A DNA stretch of 64,000 bases from Fonticula alba ATCC 38817. Taxonomy: Eukaryota; Protista; Nucleariida. The notes beneath the pieces were generated by a model. That model was not told the DNA's origin, made no database searches, and saw only the letters and a list, made by a program, of their open reading frames with translations. Location of the stretch: NCBI GenBank assembly GCA_000388065.2, contig KB932203.1, one strand, 5' to 3'. Position 1 is the stretch's first letter; each line of letters opens with the position of its first letter. The position numbers and the translations under genes were made by a program. Positions 36,605 through 49,800 of the stretch are shown here, one piece after another.

Positions 36605-39370
36605 TCAAGGATCGGTGGTGTAGGGCAGGAGATCGATGTAGAAAGTCTCCAGGTGAAAGACGGACATTGCCAAAGTCACGCTCTTGATGAAAGGTCCAGA
36701 GCCACCGCTTGTCAGGCCGAGACTCATGAAGCCATATCGACGCGTGACGTTGACCGAGAGCTCGAGCTCGTGAGTCAACTTGTTGACGGACATCTTGAAA
36801 TTCCCCTTGAAAATGGGCAGAGTGGCCTACCAGCACCGAGTGACAATACATGCATGTGTGAGTGATGGCTTATCGGGAGAGAGGGAGGGGGGGGGGGGGG
36901 CGGCACGGCGAGAGCTGAGGGGACCCGGAAACATACATGCAGCGAGCTGAGATCCAGTTGGTTACCACCGGTGGGCATGCTCTCTTCCCCAATGTGAAGG
37001 AAAGCGCAGTTCTTATACCGGGTGAGATACACGCGGCCTGGGTCCAAGGGGAGGGAAGGGGGAAGGGGGAAGCCATGGGCCCCAGGGAGAAGAGCAGAGA
37101 CGTATGCGTGTGTGTGTGTGAGAGAGAGAGAGAGGGCGAGGAGGGCAGAAGGGAGGTCAGGGTGCTGATTCGCGGGAGGGTGTGTGCAGATGCGAATCTC
37201 AACACGCTTATCGTGGTAGGGGATGGAGGCGTACAGCGCTTGTTGTTCGAGCTCGAGGACGTGCGGTAGTGAGCGATTGACGACTGAGCGACATGGACCT
37301 GCTTGACGTCGGGGATTGGGATGGCCGAAAAGGAGGGCGTCCGGAAGAAGAGCGGATTCCCAAAAAGCTCATCCACATTGAATGGCTTGGCCGTTTGACA
37401 ATGTTACCCGGTTAGTGGCTGTGTTTAGACAGAGGGAGGGAGACGAAGAAAAAAAAAAAAAGAAAAGAAAGAAGCAAAGGAGGCAAGGAGGGGGGAAATG
37501 CAGGGCCGGGGGGAGTGTCCAGGAGAACTCACAATCTGGTGGAAGTTGGCCGGCGCCGGGAGGAAGTTCATGCTCAGCATGCGAATGATGGACACCAGGC
37601 GCTCGGTGAGGAAGAGCTGAATCCGGTGCCACTCGTGGAGAAGACTCTTGAGGAACTTGTTCAGGAGGATCTCCGCATTCTGCAGCTCGATATACTTGTT
37701 CTTGACGAGGATGCGCGCGATCCAGGGATCCGCATCGAGGGTAAGCTTGCCGTCACGGATGTCCGCAATATACTGGGGAGCCATGCCGGCCAGGAATTCC
37801 TGGTCGACCGGGATTTCCCCGGTGTCGAGGCCATCCGATGCCCCGAGGGCCGAGGTGGAGATTATGGAGGCCGCGCTTCCTGTGGAGGAGGTGGAGCTAC
37901 GCAACTCGGCCGGCCGGTCAAAGCGAATGCGATCCAACATGCCAAAGGTGCTCTGATTGAGCAGGCCGCTCAGCAGGCTCATGGTGCTTGTGTTTGTCGA
38001 GGAGGGCATGGCAAGAGGCGCGTCACTGGCGACCATCGGATTGGCCTCGGCGCGGGGGAAGGCCAGAGTCCCCGACGCACTGCGACCCAGGGAATCCGCC
38101 GTCGCCACGGGCGGGGTCCCATTGGCACTGAAGAACAGCTCGACTTTGGTCTCCGGAGTCTCACGGAAGAGCGGGCTGCCGGCAGCCAGGGTGGAGCTCA
38201 GCTGCTGCAGGTCCTCAGTCGCCCCGGTGCCGGAGCCAGACGAGCGCACAGCCAGGACTTGGTCCCCGGTGGCCGCCTGCGGGTCGATGACGACGTTGCC
38301 TTCATAGATGCCGCGCTCGAGCTGAGTGTCGGCCTGCAGGCGAGATTCCTGTGCGGCATTGTACTGGATGTTCATGTTCAGGGCATTCTCATGGCGCTCG
38401 CAGGAGGACTCGCTCCGAGAATAGCACTGCCCGACGGCCTGCATCGATCGGTCCAGACGGTCCAGCGCTTGGAGAAAGTTTTCTTGGCAGGTGATCAGGT
38501 ATTCCAGCATCCAGGGCAGCTCGCCGCGGAGATCACTCACATCCTGGATCAATTCATCAAGGTCGCCGATGAGGTTAACCTCGCGCTGGATGTGCTGGTG
38601 CTTGAGCAGATGGATTTGAGCGATCTGCGTCATCTGCGAGTGGAAGCCATCGAAGAAGACGTTCACATCGTTGGACAGGTCCGACGGCCAGCCAGCCTGG
38701 AGTTTCTGCGACCGCTGGTGGCTTTGGGAGTATGACGACTCCCGCTCGGAGAGTTCTGAGGCGTGCATGTGCGCGAAGGGGGAAAGGGGGAGGGGGGGGG
38801 GGGGGGCGAGGGTCAGATATTAGCTTGGGGGAGCATGGGATGCGGGATTGGCGATGATGGGCCAGGTGGCTGCAGAGAGTGCGGGCAATGCGAAAAAGGG
38901 GCGAAGCACGAGTGCGCACTCTGGAGGTACTCCACGAGGCCGACAAAGTACGAATGCGAGCTGAAGACAATGTCATCGAGGCGTTCCAGCTGGAGATTAA
39001 CCATTGTTCGGGTTAGAGTGCCGGGGCAGCATATGGCCACCAGCCCCCTCGGGCCTCGCCGTCCATCATCCATGGGGGCAAAAGCGGAGGGGGACTGGGG
39101 GGCGAGGAGCAAGACGTGTATGCGCATGTGCATGGGGGTATGTGTGCATGTGTAGTAGGCGCGGCATGGGAGATAGGATGTGGTGCGTACGTTTGTCAAA
39201 ACCCCTGGGACCGGGGCCCAGAGGCTGCGCCGGGAAATCTGCGAGCGCCAGGTGCCTGGCTGGCCGCGCAGCGGGAATTCCGCAACCTGGACCTTCTCAA
39301 AGAGCCTTTGAAAGCACTCCTTGACCGATTGGTCGATCTGGTGAGACTTTTTCACTTGGAAGAAGTTCAT
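36605..39370 (-). CDS. Multi-exon hypothetical protein; N-terminal F-BAR-like helical region and C-terminal PH-like region (Slm1-like architecture, tentative)
   Basis: Long ORF 37425-38768 with amphipathic helices (LVEYLQ..LSERESSYSQ; QMTQIAQIHLL). Downstream exons join to KRCRVYLTRYKNCAFLHIGE... and end IDLLPYTTDP*. Domain calls come from motif resemblance only. Confidence 0.45.
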
Positions 39371-40215
39371 CCTCGCCGAGGACCTGCTAGAATGGGTTTA
39401 GCCTGAGGCTGGGTTGGGAGGAGGAGCAGGAGAGGGAGGGGAAAAGGAAGGCCTCGAAAGGGCGTGGACGGCCTTCGGAGAGCAGGCAGTGGAGGGGTGA
39501 GCGGGTGAGCAGATTCACCGACAGGGAGTAGCGTGGATGTGCGAGTGCATCGAGCAAAATGGGAGGCAAGGTACAGGGGGGNNNNNNNNNNNNNNNNNNN
39601 NNNNNNNNNNNNNNNNNNNNNNNNNNNNNNNNNNNNNNNNNNNNNNNNNNGGGGGGGGGGGGAGGATTGGGATGGAGAGGGTGCCCGGGCGGGAAATTCG
39701 CCCCGGCGAGTGGGCCTACTGAAAAGCCAGGACAGTCCGCGGGTCGCTAGGGAGCAGCGGGCACCTGCGTCCGAGCCCCGGGGTGTGGGAGGCAAAGATT
39801 CCGCCAGCCTGGGAACGTCTCAACTGGGGGCGGTGGGAGAGGCGGGGGGGGGGGGCCTGTTCGGCCGAAACAATAACAGTTTCTGTATCCGGAAGCTCGC
39901 CGGGATCTTTGGGCTATAAAAAAAACAGCGTGCGACCTGCCCCTGGCACGCCTGGGGCCGTCCCCCGCCCCCGCCCACCATCGATGCCCGGCTTACAGAT
40001 AAGCCCCGAACGGCGGCTCTCTGTGTGACCCCCGGACCTCGGGTCCACACAAGGGGCTGTGGGAACAGGGCGGGCCTCGCCAGTGGGGGAGTGTTTGCCC
40101 GAGACCGGATCAGTTGGGCCTGCGCCAGGGACGGGGGGGGGGGGGGGGGGGCAATCGGCCAGATCGGCCGACTCGCGGGGACTGAGGTTCGTGTCCCGTT
40201 CCTGCCCGGCGCACC

Positions 40216-40251
<36 letters not shown>

Positions 40252-40762
40252 GTGTTGGTCTGCTCTCCCGCCCCCGGTCCCCCGGGAGACGCCCACTGAA
40301 AGCCGGTTTTCGTCAAGTTCGTTGGGGGGTCGGTTGGCCCCCCCCCTTGCCCGCCCCACGGGACGTTGCCTCGCATCTCATCATCAGCTCCCCCCCGCCC
40401 CGGGCGCAAGTGGGTTTTCGGCTTTTTTTTTTCCAGCGCACACCGGAGCCCAGGTGGGCGCGGGTCCGCCCCGCTTTTCCCGGTCCCCCGTGTAGGCTAC
40501 GCCCAACTGGGTGAAATCCGGGGGAGTCCCGAGGTGGCCCCTCTGCCGGCCGATCTGGGGGCATCGCCTCCGCGCTCGCGGCCGTGTGTGGCCTTCTGTG
40601 GGCTGGCGCTGCCTGGTCCCGCCCCCCCCCCTCCCCCCCGTCGCTGGCTTTTCTCCCCGTCTGCCTGCTGGGGCATTTGTGGAAGAGGCACCCCGGCTCG
40701 CACGGATCTAGTCTATTTTCAGGCATGCATGGTGAAATGGGGTCTGCGCCTTCGGGGAGGGC

Positions 40763-42033
40763 CTACTGAAGCGCGGCACGCAGGTTGAAGGTGTCGGCGC
40801 CGGGCTCGCGAACGAAGGTGCCACGCTCGGTGACGATGGCCGCAATCAGCGAGGCCGGAGTCACATCGAACGAGGGGTTCCAGCAGCCGGTCGAGGCCGG
40901 GCTCACACGAATGGTGGTCATGCGCCCTGGGGAAGCCCCCTCGCCAACCTCAAGGCCAGTGATGTGCAGCAGCTCGCCAGCCGGGCGCTCCTCGATGACA
41001 ATGTCCTCGCCGGAGGCCGTGTTCAGGTCGATGGAGGTCGTCGGCGCAGCCACAATGAAGGGAATGCCATAGTGCTGGCATGCGAGGGCCAGCTGCAGCG
41101 TGCCGATCTTGTTGGCAGTATCGCCATTCGCGGCAAGGCTTTCGCAATCGGGCAGTCGGTTACGGGGGGGGGGGGGGGAGATGCTTGTGAGTTGGGGTTG
41201 CATGCGAGGTGCCGCGCATGGATGATCGCGGTGATGCTGAAGGAGGGACGCGCGGGGGGGGGGGGGGGGAAAGCAACACCCCGATCCACGCCGACAATAG
41301 CCGCATCCACCCCCAGGCGGCTGATGGCCGCAGCGACCATGTTGTCGCAGATCATGCGGTTGGGAATCTGCTCAACGTGGAGCTCATATGCGGTCAGGCG
41401 GCTGCCCTGGTTGTAGGGCCGGGTCTCGGTGAAGAGGGCCTCCTTCAGACACCCGGCCTCGTGGGCCGCACGGATGATCCCCAGCGCGGTGCCATACCCG
41501 GCGGTGGCCAGGCTGCCCGTGTTGCAATGCGTCAGCAGGGTCAGCCCGCCGGTGGTGAGGGACTCAGCACGGGCGGTGCGCAGGAACTCCAGTCCATGGT
41601 GGCCGATGTTGCGATTGGTCTGGACATCCTCGCGGAGGAGACGCTCAGCAAAGGCCACGTAGCGTTCAACCAGGTCGGCAGGGCTGGCATCGGCCGGGGC
41701 ATTGGCCAGAAGCGCCTCCACATCGGCCGCGGCGTCGAACAGATTGACCGCCGTCGGCCGGCTGGTCCTGAGCAGGGCCCAGGATTGGGAAATGTGCGTA
41801 CGCAGGCCCTCGGCCGTTTGGGCGTCGAGGTCCATGGTCTGCAGATCGACGGCCACCGCCAGAGCGGCCACCAGGGCGATGGCCGGCGCACCGCGAACCT
41901 GCATATTCCGGATGACCGAAAAGCCATCCTGGGCATTTGCCACACGCACGTACTCCGACGTGTGAGGCAGGAGGAGCTGGTCCAGGACGCTCAGGGAGCC
42001 ATGCTCATAGCGGATGGCCTGCAGGGCGGACAT
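40763..42033 (-). CDS. MRI1: Methylthioribose-1-phosphate isomerase
   Basis: [87 protein letters not shown]; one intron. Confidence 0.97.
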
Positions 42034-43570
42034 GGTTCGTGTGGCAGGGCGGAGAGACGAGGGCGACAAAGGGAGCAAGGGCGGGCAGGAGGGAGGACAT
42101 CCATGGTTGTGGTGAAGCCGGCTGGCTGGTGATGGCTCTTGCTTAAGTGTCAGTCACTGCTTCGGCTGACCAGGATGCCCCTGCTCCTTGGCCGACGGTC
42201 TGGTCTACGGGTGGGTGTGCCCCCCCCCCCCCACACACACACGCACATACACGCACATACACGCACATACATATTCACATGCGTTCATGCACCGTAAGGA
42301 AGTGCCCAGCACTCTCTTTCGGGCAGAGATGCCCTGAGGATGGGGATCCATTCGCGCTTGGGGAGTGAGAAATAAAAAAGGCCTCGAAATGGGAGCATCT
42401 GGGCTCTTGTTGAGCGGGGGCGGGAAGCTGGACAAAGAGGGCACCGCGTGATCCGTCTCAGAGACGTGATGTGGCCCATGTAGGTCCCAACGTGTGGCCG
42501 ACTTCTTCGGGGACGCATTTGCGTCAAGAGGTTGGGATTTGACGGAAAGGTGGCGGGGATTTCCCCCCCCCCCCCCCACCCATTGGTGGCCTGCTGGCAA
42601 GGGTGGCGATATGCTAGCCAGGGTTCTGTCTTGCCTCGAAGGAGTGGGGCTATGCGCTGGAAATCTTGCTACGGGTTTGGGACCCGATGTCCGTTTGTCG
42701 CCCCCCCNNNNNNNNNNNNNNNNNNACCTCTCTCGGGGCCCTGAACAGGCCTGGGATCGGTGGCCCCTCGGTGGGAGGCTCTCCGCCCGCCCCCTCCTGC
42801 TCTGGGAGAGGTGTCGCTGGGAAAGGGCAAACCGCGTCGGGGAAGACACTCGCGGCATGTGGCCGACAAGAGCGATTCAGCCCATCGAGTCTGGCGGGCT
42901 CAACCCCCTGGGCCGTTGGCGTCCGGCCTTCGTGTCGAATACTTGGTTATGTAGTTGGGTACCTTAATTGACTCTCATTTGATTTCCTTTGATTTAGGGC
43001 GCCTTGATTTACTGGGTCCTTAACTGCACATCGCCCAAGCCCGTGCGAGCGGAGTCCTCCCCTGCAAAGCCCCAGTCCATGGTCGATCTCCCAGGTCGGC
43101 CGGGTGTGGGATGGACTCGTCATTCCTCCCCCCCCGGCCGGCTGACCTGGTGGGCGACCGGCGACATTTTGGAATCGGCTAGTGGGAGGCAGCTCATACG
43201 TCTGCCCGACGACTGGCCAACTGTCATGTGCCAATGTGGGTGCTCGGGGGAGCCAGTTCCATGAGATCTCCGAAGGGATGGGGCGAGGAATATGCACCTG
43301 CTCCGGGGCAACGGTGTATGGCATGATACTCCCCTTGGACGAGTGACACTGTGGGTCTTTGGTTTGTGGTGCGCTTGGACCGGCCTTTGGTGGACAAGGA
43401 CAATCCAGTGGGCGTCGGTGTTGTGGGGTAAGCGGCGTCCCTTGGCGCATGTGCCCGTGTGCCTATGTGCTTGTGCATGGTCGACGGTCCGACCTCGGAC
43501 ATGACGCTGGCGTCGAATCATGTGCTGGCATAGAGCTCGGTGCGATGGATTGCCTACCGGGTTGATGGGG

Positions 43571-43594
43571 CCCTACACGACGCTCTTCCGATCT
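43571..43594 (+). other. Illumina TruSeq adapter remnant (assembly artefact) between two copies of a 65-bp sequence
   Basis: CCCTACACGACGCTCTTCCGATCT is the 3' end of the TruSeq universal/Read 1 adapter. It is flanked by duplicated 43506-43570 and 43595-43659. Confidence 0.93.
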
Positions 43595-44148
43595 GCTGGC
43601 GTCGAATCATGTGCTGGCATAGAGCTCGGTGCGATGGATTGCCTACCGGGTTGATGGGGGGATCCGCCCGGATCAATTGAGCAAGGCAGTTGAGGACACC
43701 AACCGCCCCGATGGCCTGGCCATTGGCCCAGGCCGATCTCGGACGAAGTGGACGTGTCGTGCGGCTTGCGGAGCACGATGGTGCCCTTGGCGGTGCTCGA
43801 GCTAGCTGAAAGAATTCGAAATGTAGCTCATGGCAGGCAGGCAGGAGCTGGACATCCTGGCAAGGTGACAAGCCTCCAGACGGCGGGACACGAAGAATGC
43901 GCTGCATCAGCGGTCGCACGATCCGGCAGCGGGGATGGAGGGGGCTAGAGGGAGGTAATTCGCCTTTGGCCGGGCCATCATGTTGGACATTCCGCCTTGC
44001 CGGCAAGCCCATGCTGGCTGTCGTGCTTTTGCCTGCTCGCCCGGCTTCCTGTCCGTGAGGGAGGCTGGGTTGGAAGATGAGCCCATCTTGGGGAGATCGA
44101 TCGGGCCAGAGAAACATGTGGGGAGTTTTCGGGACTACATTCACACGT

Positions 44149-44220
44149 GGGAGATTAGTCTAGTGGTATGATTCTCGCTTCGGGTGCGAGAGGTCCCGAG
44201 TTCGATTCCCGGATCTCCCC
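44149..44220 (+). tRNA. tRNA-Pro (CGG), copy 1
   Basis: GGGAGAT/ATCTCCC acceptor, anticodon arm CTCGC-TTCGGGT-GCGAG, T-loop TTCGATT; 72 nt. Confidence 0.95.
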
Positions 44221-45111
44221 GNNNNNNNNNNNNNNNNNNNNNNNNNNNNNNNNNNNNNNNNNNNNNNNNNNNNNNNNNNNNNNNNNNNNNNNNNNNNNNN
44301 NNNNNNNNNNNNNNNNNNNNNNNNNNNNNNNNNNNNNNNNNNNNNNNNNNNNNNNNNNNNNNNNNNNAAGGCGGAGAGATTTGGCAAGGGGGAGTCAGAT
44401 AGAAATGGGCGCGGCGGCGCGGGGGGCAGGCGGAGAGAAGAGGCAAGGGGAGACCCGTGCACCGACCCCAGGAGGAGGGTGACGTGTACCCCTCTCGTGC
44501 ATGTAAGGGTGGCACCTTGCGCATCTCCCCGAGGGGGCGGGGGGAGGGAAGATCCCCGAGGTGTGAACCCATCGAGGCCAATGTACCACCTCGTCGCCAA
44601 TGGCCGGAGAAGATGCCGTCCATGGGGGCACTTTCTTGCCCTGTCTGGGGCTCGTCGCGAGGTGGGGCGGCCCACGGCGTCGTGCCAGCTCGCGCGGAAT
44701 GCCCTTTTTTTCGTGTGAGCTGGGTTGGACAAGCCTCCGGCAGAAGGGGGGGGGGGGGGAGGGGCATCACGAGCTACGGAATCGCTCCCCTCCCTTCTGG
44801 CATCTGGACATGGTAGGAGTCGAGATGCCGGCATTGGACTTCCCGAGATTCCGAGCCCCTGTTCAGGCGGTGCTTCTTCCTTTGACATGCCGTGGGACAA
44901 AGGGTTTGTCCGTTCGTGAGCCCCGGCCAGAATGCATCCGCCGGCGGTGGCCCGGGCGGGGAAGGAGAGAGGGTGGATCCGTTGTCGCCTCCGGCCGGGG
45001 CTCCCGTGCGTCACCCTGGCCGGCTGTTGGGCGCCCGGCCCTTTGGGAGGCCGGTATTAGCCACAGTGTCATCAATATGAAGGTGCCTGTCGATCGCTAG
45101 GACTCAAGAGT

Positions 45112-45183
45112 GGGAGATTAGTCTAGTGGTATGATTCTCGCTTCGGGTGCGAGAGGTCCCGAGTTCGATTCCCGGATCTCCCC
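45112..45183 (+). tRNA. tRNA-Pro (CGG), copy 2
   Basis: Identical to copy 1; T4 run shortly downstream. Confidence 0.95.
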
Positions 45184-45932
45184 ATTGCTTTTGGTCGAGC
45201 GGGGGTGTCCCTCATGTTCTTTTGTTGTTGGTTCCTCTCCTCGCACCTCCCTCCCTTCTACCCCTTCACATCTCGCATCCGAGGTGATAAGTGGAGAGGA
45301 GAGGGTCGGAGGGGGGCGAAGAGGGGGGGGCGGATAGAGGAGGGAGCACAGCCATTTTCCGGCTTCCAGGGGGCGCAGGCGTGCACTCGGAGGCCTTCCA
45401 GCCCTGGAAGGAGCCCCAACAACATCCGAGGGTAGGATACAATCGGAACACCAAGCAGTGGCAGTGGCGCGACCGAAGCAAGTCACAGCCCCAGTTTGTG
45501 GAGGGGGGATGGGCGGAGGGCCCGTGAAAAAAAAAAAATCCAAGGCCCGGAGCTTCTCGGGAGTCAACCACGGAGCCCGCGAGGCCGAGCCGACTCGCGG
45601 CAATCCAGGGGAAATCGGCGATGCCTCCTCTTGTCCCTGCGTGCGTGCCATGACCGGAAAGGCGTGGTCTGCGGGGAAAAAAAGCTCCCCCAACAACACC
45701 ACCCACCACCCCTGGCAGGAGGCCGCCAGCCGAGCCTCCTACCCGGCGGACATGCTGCGTGATTTCACTCAAGTGGCCCTTTTCTCAGGCGGGGGGCTTG
45801 TTCCACCTGAAGGCCGGGGTCTTGTGGGGGACACAACAGTGCCCGGCCGGGGGCGACATTTTCCGGGGGCATCGACCAGGCTTTTTTTGCGAAAAGAATT
45901 TATTCACCTTTGAGCACCCCTCTCCCATCGGT

Positions 45933-46004
45933 GGGAGATTAGTCTAGTGGTATGATTCTCGCTTCGGGTGCGAGAGGTCCCGAGTTCGATTCCCGGATCT
46001 CCCC
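45933..46004 (+). tRNA. tRNA-Pro (CGG), copy 3
   Basis: Identical to copy 1; T6 terminator at 46011-46016. Confidence 0.95.
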
Positions 46005-46812
46005 CATACGTTTTTTGGGCGGGGCGGGCTGTTGCTCTCTGCCTCCTGGCGGCGGAGAAAAAAAACATGTCCACGGTCGAGCCATGCTCGGCACCTCGAG
46101 ACCGTCGGGGGGCGGCCCCATGGTTGAGAGGGGGGGTGGGGGCCCGTGCGGGCGAAAAAATAAAAAACACCCAGGCCCCCAGGTGTTCCGGGAGGGTGGA
46201 GGGCATTCCATGTTTTGATTATTATATCCGGCCTCCTCCCTCCGCCGGATGGTCACCCGGCGAATGCCAGTCTCAAGGGGCTCCGCGTGTCAGACTCATT
46301 CCCGCGCCTGGGCGATTGCTAGGTGATTTGGACCTGCCCAGCCGACGATGTCTATGTGTGTGTGTGTGTGGGGCCAGAGGGCGTATCCTGCCCACACGCG
46401 CGCGCGCGCGCCACAGCGGTCTTTTCACATTTCGCCTGGTCTCTTTTCCGGAGGCCGTTCCATCCGGGGAGACACCATTGCATCGTCCACCAGGAAATTT
46501 GCCTGGGAATTTGTGACATATTCAAGGGGCCCGAGTGCTGCGACCCCTGGGCTCGGCCGGGGGCGGCAACCCGACATACGCACGCATGAGCACGGCCACG
46601 GTTTCCGCGAGCCGCCCGGATGGCGCTTTATTTCCGGGCGATATATCCACACCAGGCCGATGACTCACGGGAACCATCCTGAGACACATCTCCTCCCCCC
46701 CCCCCCCCCCCCAGCCTCCTCCTCCCTCCCCTTCCCGGAATCACCTTCTTTCCCTTCGGTCCCCGGGATGTCGCAGTGTTCCCGGGGCAGCGGCCCGCCC
46801 CGCTCGCTGGCC

Positions 46813-49800
46813 ATGAGGCCTTTCCTGCTGACCTCGCTGCTGCTGTTGTTGCTGCCGGTCCTTCGGGCCGCTGTCGGGTTTGCCACCTCGGGGTCGCTTG
46901 CCGAGTCGGCGCCGCTGGCGGTGCCCACCTTCCACACGGCAGCACGCCTCGCTGACTCGAACGTGGGTTCCCCGGACCCGAGGGCCAACATCGAGTTCTG
47001 CGACTTCTTCAATGCCTACTCGCTCAACCCCTACGCCAAGGACGGCTTCGATGACCTGACATACGGGTCGAGCTTCTACAACCTGGCCACCTCACCGCTG
47101 ATCCGAGCCGGGTTGCCGTGCTCCAGGCCGCGAACCTTTGTGCTGGGTTCCCCTCTTGAGCCCCACCGGTGCTTTTCGTACCCCTTTGCCCGGAGGCCGC
47201 TCGCTCCCTTTTCTCTGCTCGCAGACATTTTGACCCCGGAGCAACCCGACATAGATGGCATCCATGCGACCGGCACAATCGCCCTCCTTACATCGGAGGA
47301 CCTGCTCCTTCAAAGTCGCTTCTTTGGCGAGAACACCTCGGTGGTCGTGGGCTCCACCGCCACCGGCGCAAGTTTCATCCTCCAGTGCACCTCTCCCGAA
47401 GGACGATTGCTTTTTTCCTACCTCGGCTCTCTCAATGGCGACACTTTCCCCCTGATGTCGGGCATGAAAGGGTTTGAATTCCTCCAGGCGACGGACCTCG
47501 ATGGTGATGGCCTGGTCGATGCGGTGACCGTCGCCTCATCTCCGGAGGCTGTCCTCGCGACCGGACGTGGGGTCTATTGGATAAGCCGCCTCGGTGAGGC
47601 GGCCCTGACCCCGGCCAGCCCGGCCGATGTGAGCCTCCTCCTGCCATTGCCGGTCGACATGGAGGTGGGCCAGCTCTTGGTGGGGGACTTCGATGGGGAT
47701 GGGCTTGCGTCCGATTTGGCGGTGGTCTCCGGCCCCCGGTCCACCGGGCCGGCCCGCATCATCCTCCTTATGACCTCGGACCTGTCGGCCCCGGTGACCA
47801 TTTCGCTGTCGGAAATGGCCGCCCATGACCCAGCCCTGGCGGGGGAGCCCCCAAGCCAGCACTATCCCAAGGCCGCGGCCGCGCGGCTGACCACCCCGGC
47901 GGCCGATGATCTGGTGGTGGCCTTCGGCTCGCGAGTGTGGCTCATCCCCGGTCCCCTGCGCCCCGGGAGCACCTCGACAGCGCGTCAGCTCCGCGCCCTC
48001 GGGGCGATTCCGCTGTTGCCCGATCACCCCTCCTCTTCGGGGGTCTGGCGTTCGGTGGCCTTCGGGGATTTCGACGCCGATGGGCGCCTGGATATGGCCC
48101 TGGCACACTCGACCACTGGCGGGGACATTCTTCTGCTCAGCCAGGTGGATGCCACTCCGACGTGCTTGTGTGGCCCTGGGAGCATTTGCCTGCCCGGCGC
48201 TGAGGGGTTCTACTCAGTGCCCACTTGCGGCTGTGAGGACCCGAACGCCGNNNNNNNNNNNNNNNNNNNNNNNNNNNNNNNNNNNNNNNNNNNNNNNNNN
48301 NNNNNNNNNNNNNNNNNNNNNNNNNNNNNNNNNNNNNNNNNNNNNNNNNNNNNNNNNNNNNNNNNNNNNNNNNNNNNNNNNNNNNNNNNNNNNNNNNNNN
48401 NNNNNNNNNNNNNNNNNNNNNNNNNNNNNNTCCTTCTCTCTGTCGTTCTCTGTGTCCTTCTCTCTGTCGTTCTCTCTGTCGTTCTCTGTGTCCTTTCTCT
48501 CCCTCTCCCTCTCCCTCTCCCTCTCTCCCTCTCCCTCTCCCTCTCCCTCTCCCTCCCTCTCTATCTCACACTCGACGTGCCATTCAATCGCTGACATCGG
48601 CTTGCGAAGCAGCGAAATCACCCTGCCAACAGTGCCATAGCAGCTGTGACACCTGTTCCGGCACTCAGGATAGCGACTGCCTGAGCTGCGCGGCCGGGTT
48701 GACTCTCGTCCTGGACCGGTCGCCGGCCGGCCGGTGTGCCCCGGTCGACCCGGGCACCACGGTGACACTCCTCCGGCCGGCCCCCGAGTGGCCCTACCAT
48801 CAAGCCAGTCCCATCCTGGATTTGGGATTTTCCCCGGGCGGGGTCGCACTCGCATCCATGGGCGGCTTGCTGCGTGCCAGTCCCATCATGGTGGAGTTTC
48901 GAATGTCGACCCAATTCATCCACTCGGACAGCCCTGCCACCCACCCGGCGGATCTGCTTGTATTCGGGAACCTCTCTCTCATGCTCAAGAGGGACCCACA
49001 TGGGGGCCAATTTCAAATCGACAGCTTCAATACCCCGAGCAGCCAAGTGATCAAAGTCCCCGGGCCGACCGGGCCCCAAAATATGCAGGTAAGTTGGGAA
49101 AGCCTACGCCAGTGCTCTCGGAGCCTGCACGGACTATGCAACAAGCTTCGCTCCTATTCGGGCAGCCCCTCTGCCAATGCGTCACTCGGTCGGGTGTCTG
49201 CCGGCCGGGTTCCGGGCGAGGCGCCGCAACTGGCCCTCCTGTCCAACAATCGCATTGGTATGCGGCCGCTCAGCCACACACAAACCCACAGCTCCCTTTG
49301 GCTGGAGGCCGACAACAGCCTCGGCTTGGACACGGTGCTGGTCCTGCATTCGGCCGACATTCCCAGCAAGAGCCTTTGCTGGCTCGGCTGGCAGCCACGC
49401 TTGGCCGCCGATTTGCGGGTCGCGTCTCCAGCCACGGCACCTGAGCGCCTGCTCCCGGATCCCATGCCCTGTGGCCAGTTGTTTGGCCTCCCATCTGCCG
49501 GGCCTGGCGGCCGGCCGCCAGCTCTCCTCGTTCCCCATTCCCCGGGCATCGGCGACGCGTTGGTGTACCTCCTCCGGAACCGGGGCCGCGGGGGGGACCT
49601 TCGCCCGCGCTTTGAGGCGCCCCTTGCCTTGTTGACGCCTTCTCATCTCGGCCACCGGGCCGATTATCAGCCACTCGGCATGCAGGCCGTCCTGGATCCG
49701 AACGGCCTGACTCCCACCACGGCCATCCTCTTCCTGTGGGATGGTCAGTGGGTTTTCCGAGTGACCATCCATCAAAGGGTGCCGCCTGGGGCCGGCAACT

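Noticed and set aside
43506-43659. 65-bp direct repeat with a 24-nt spacer, superficially like a repeat-spacer-repeat (CRISPR-like) unit
   Set aside because: The spacer is the Illumina adapter CCCTACACGACGCTCTTCCGATCT, so this is an untrimmed read merged into the assembly.
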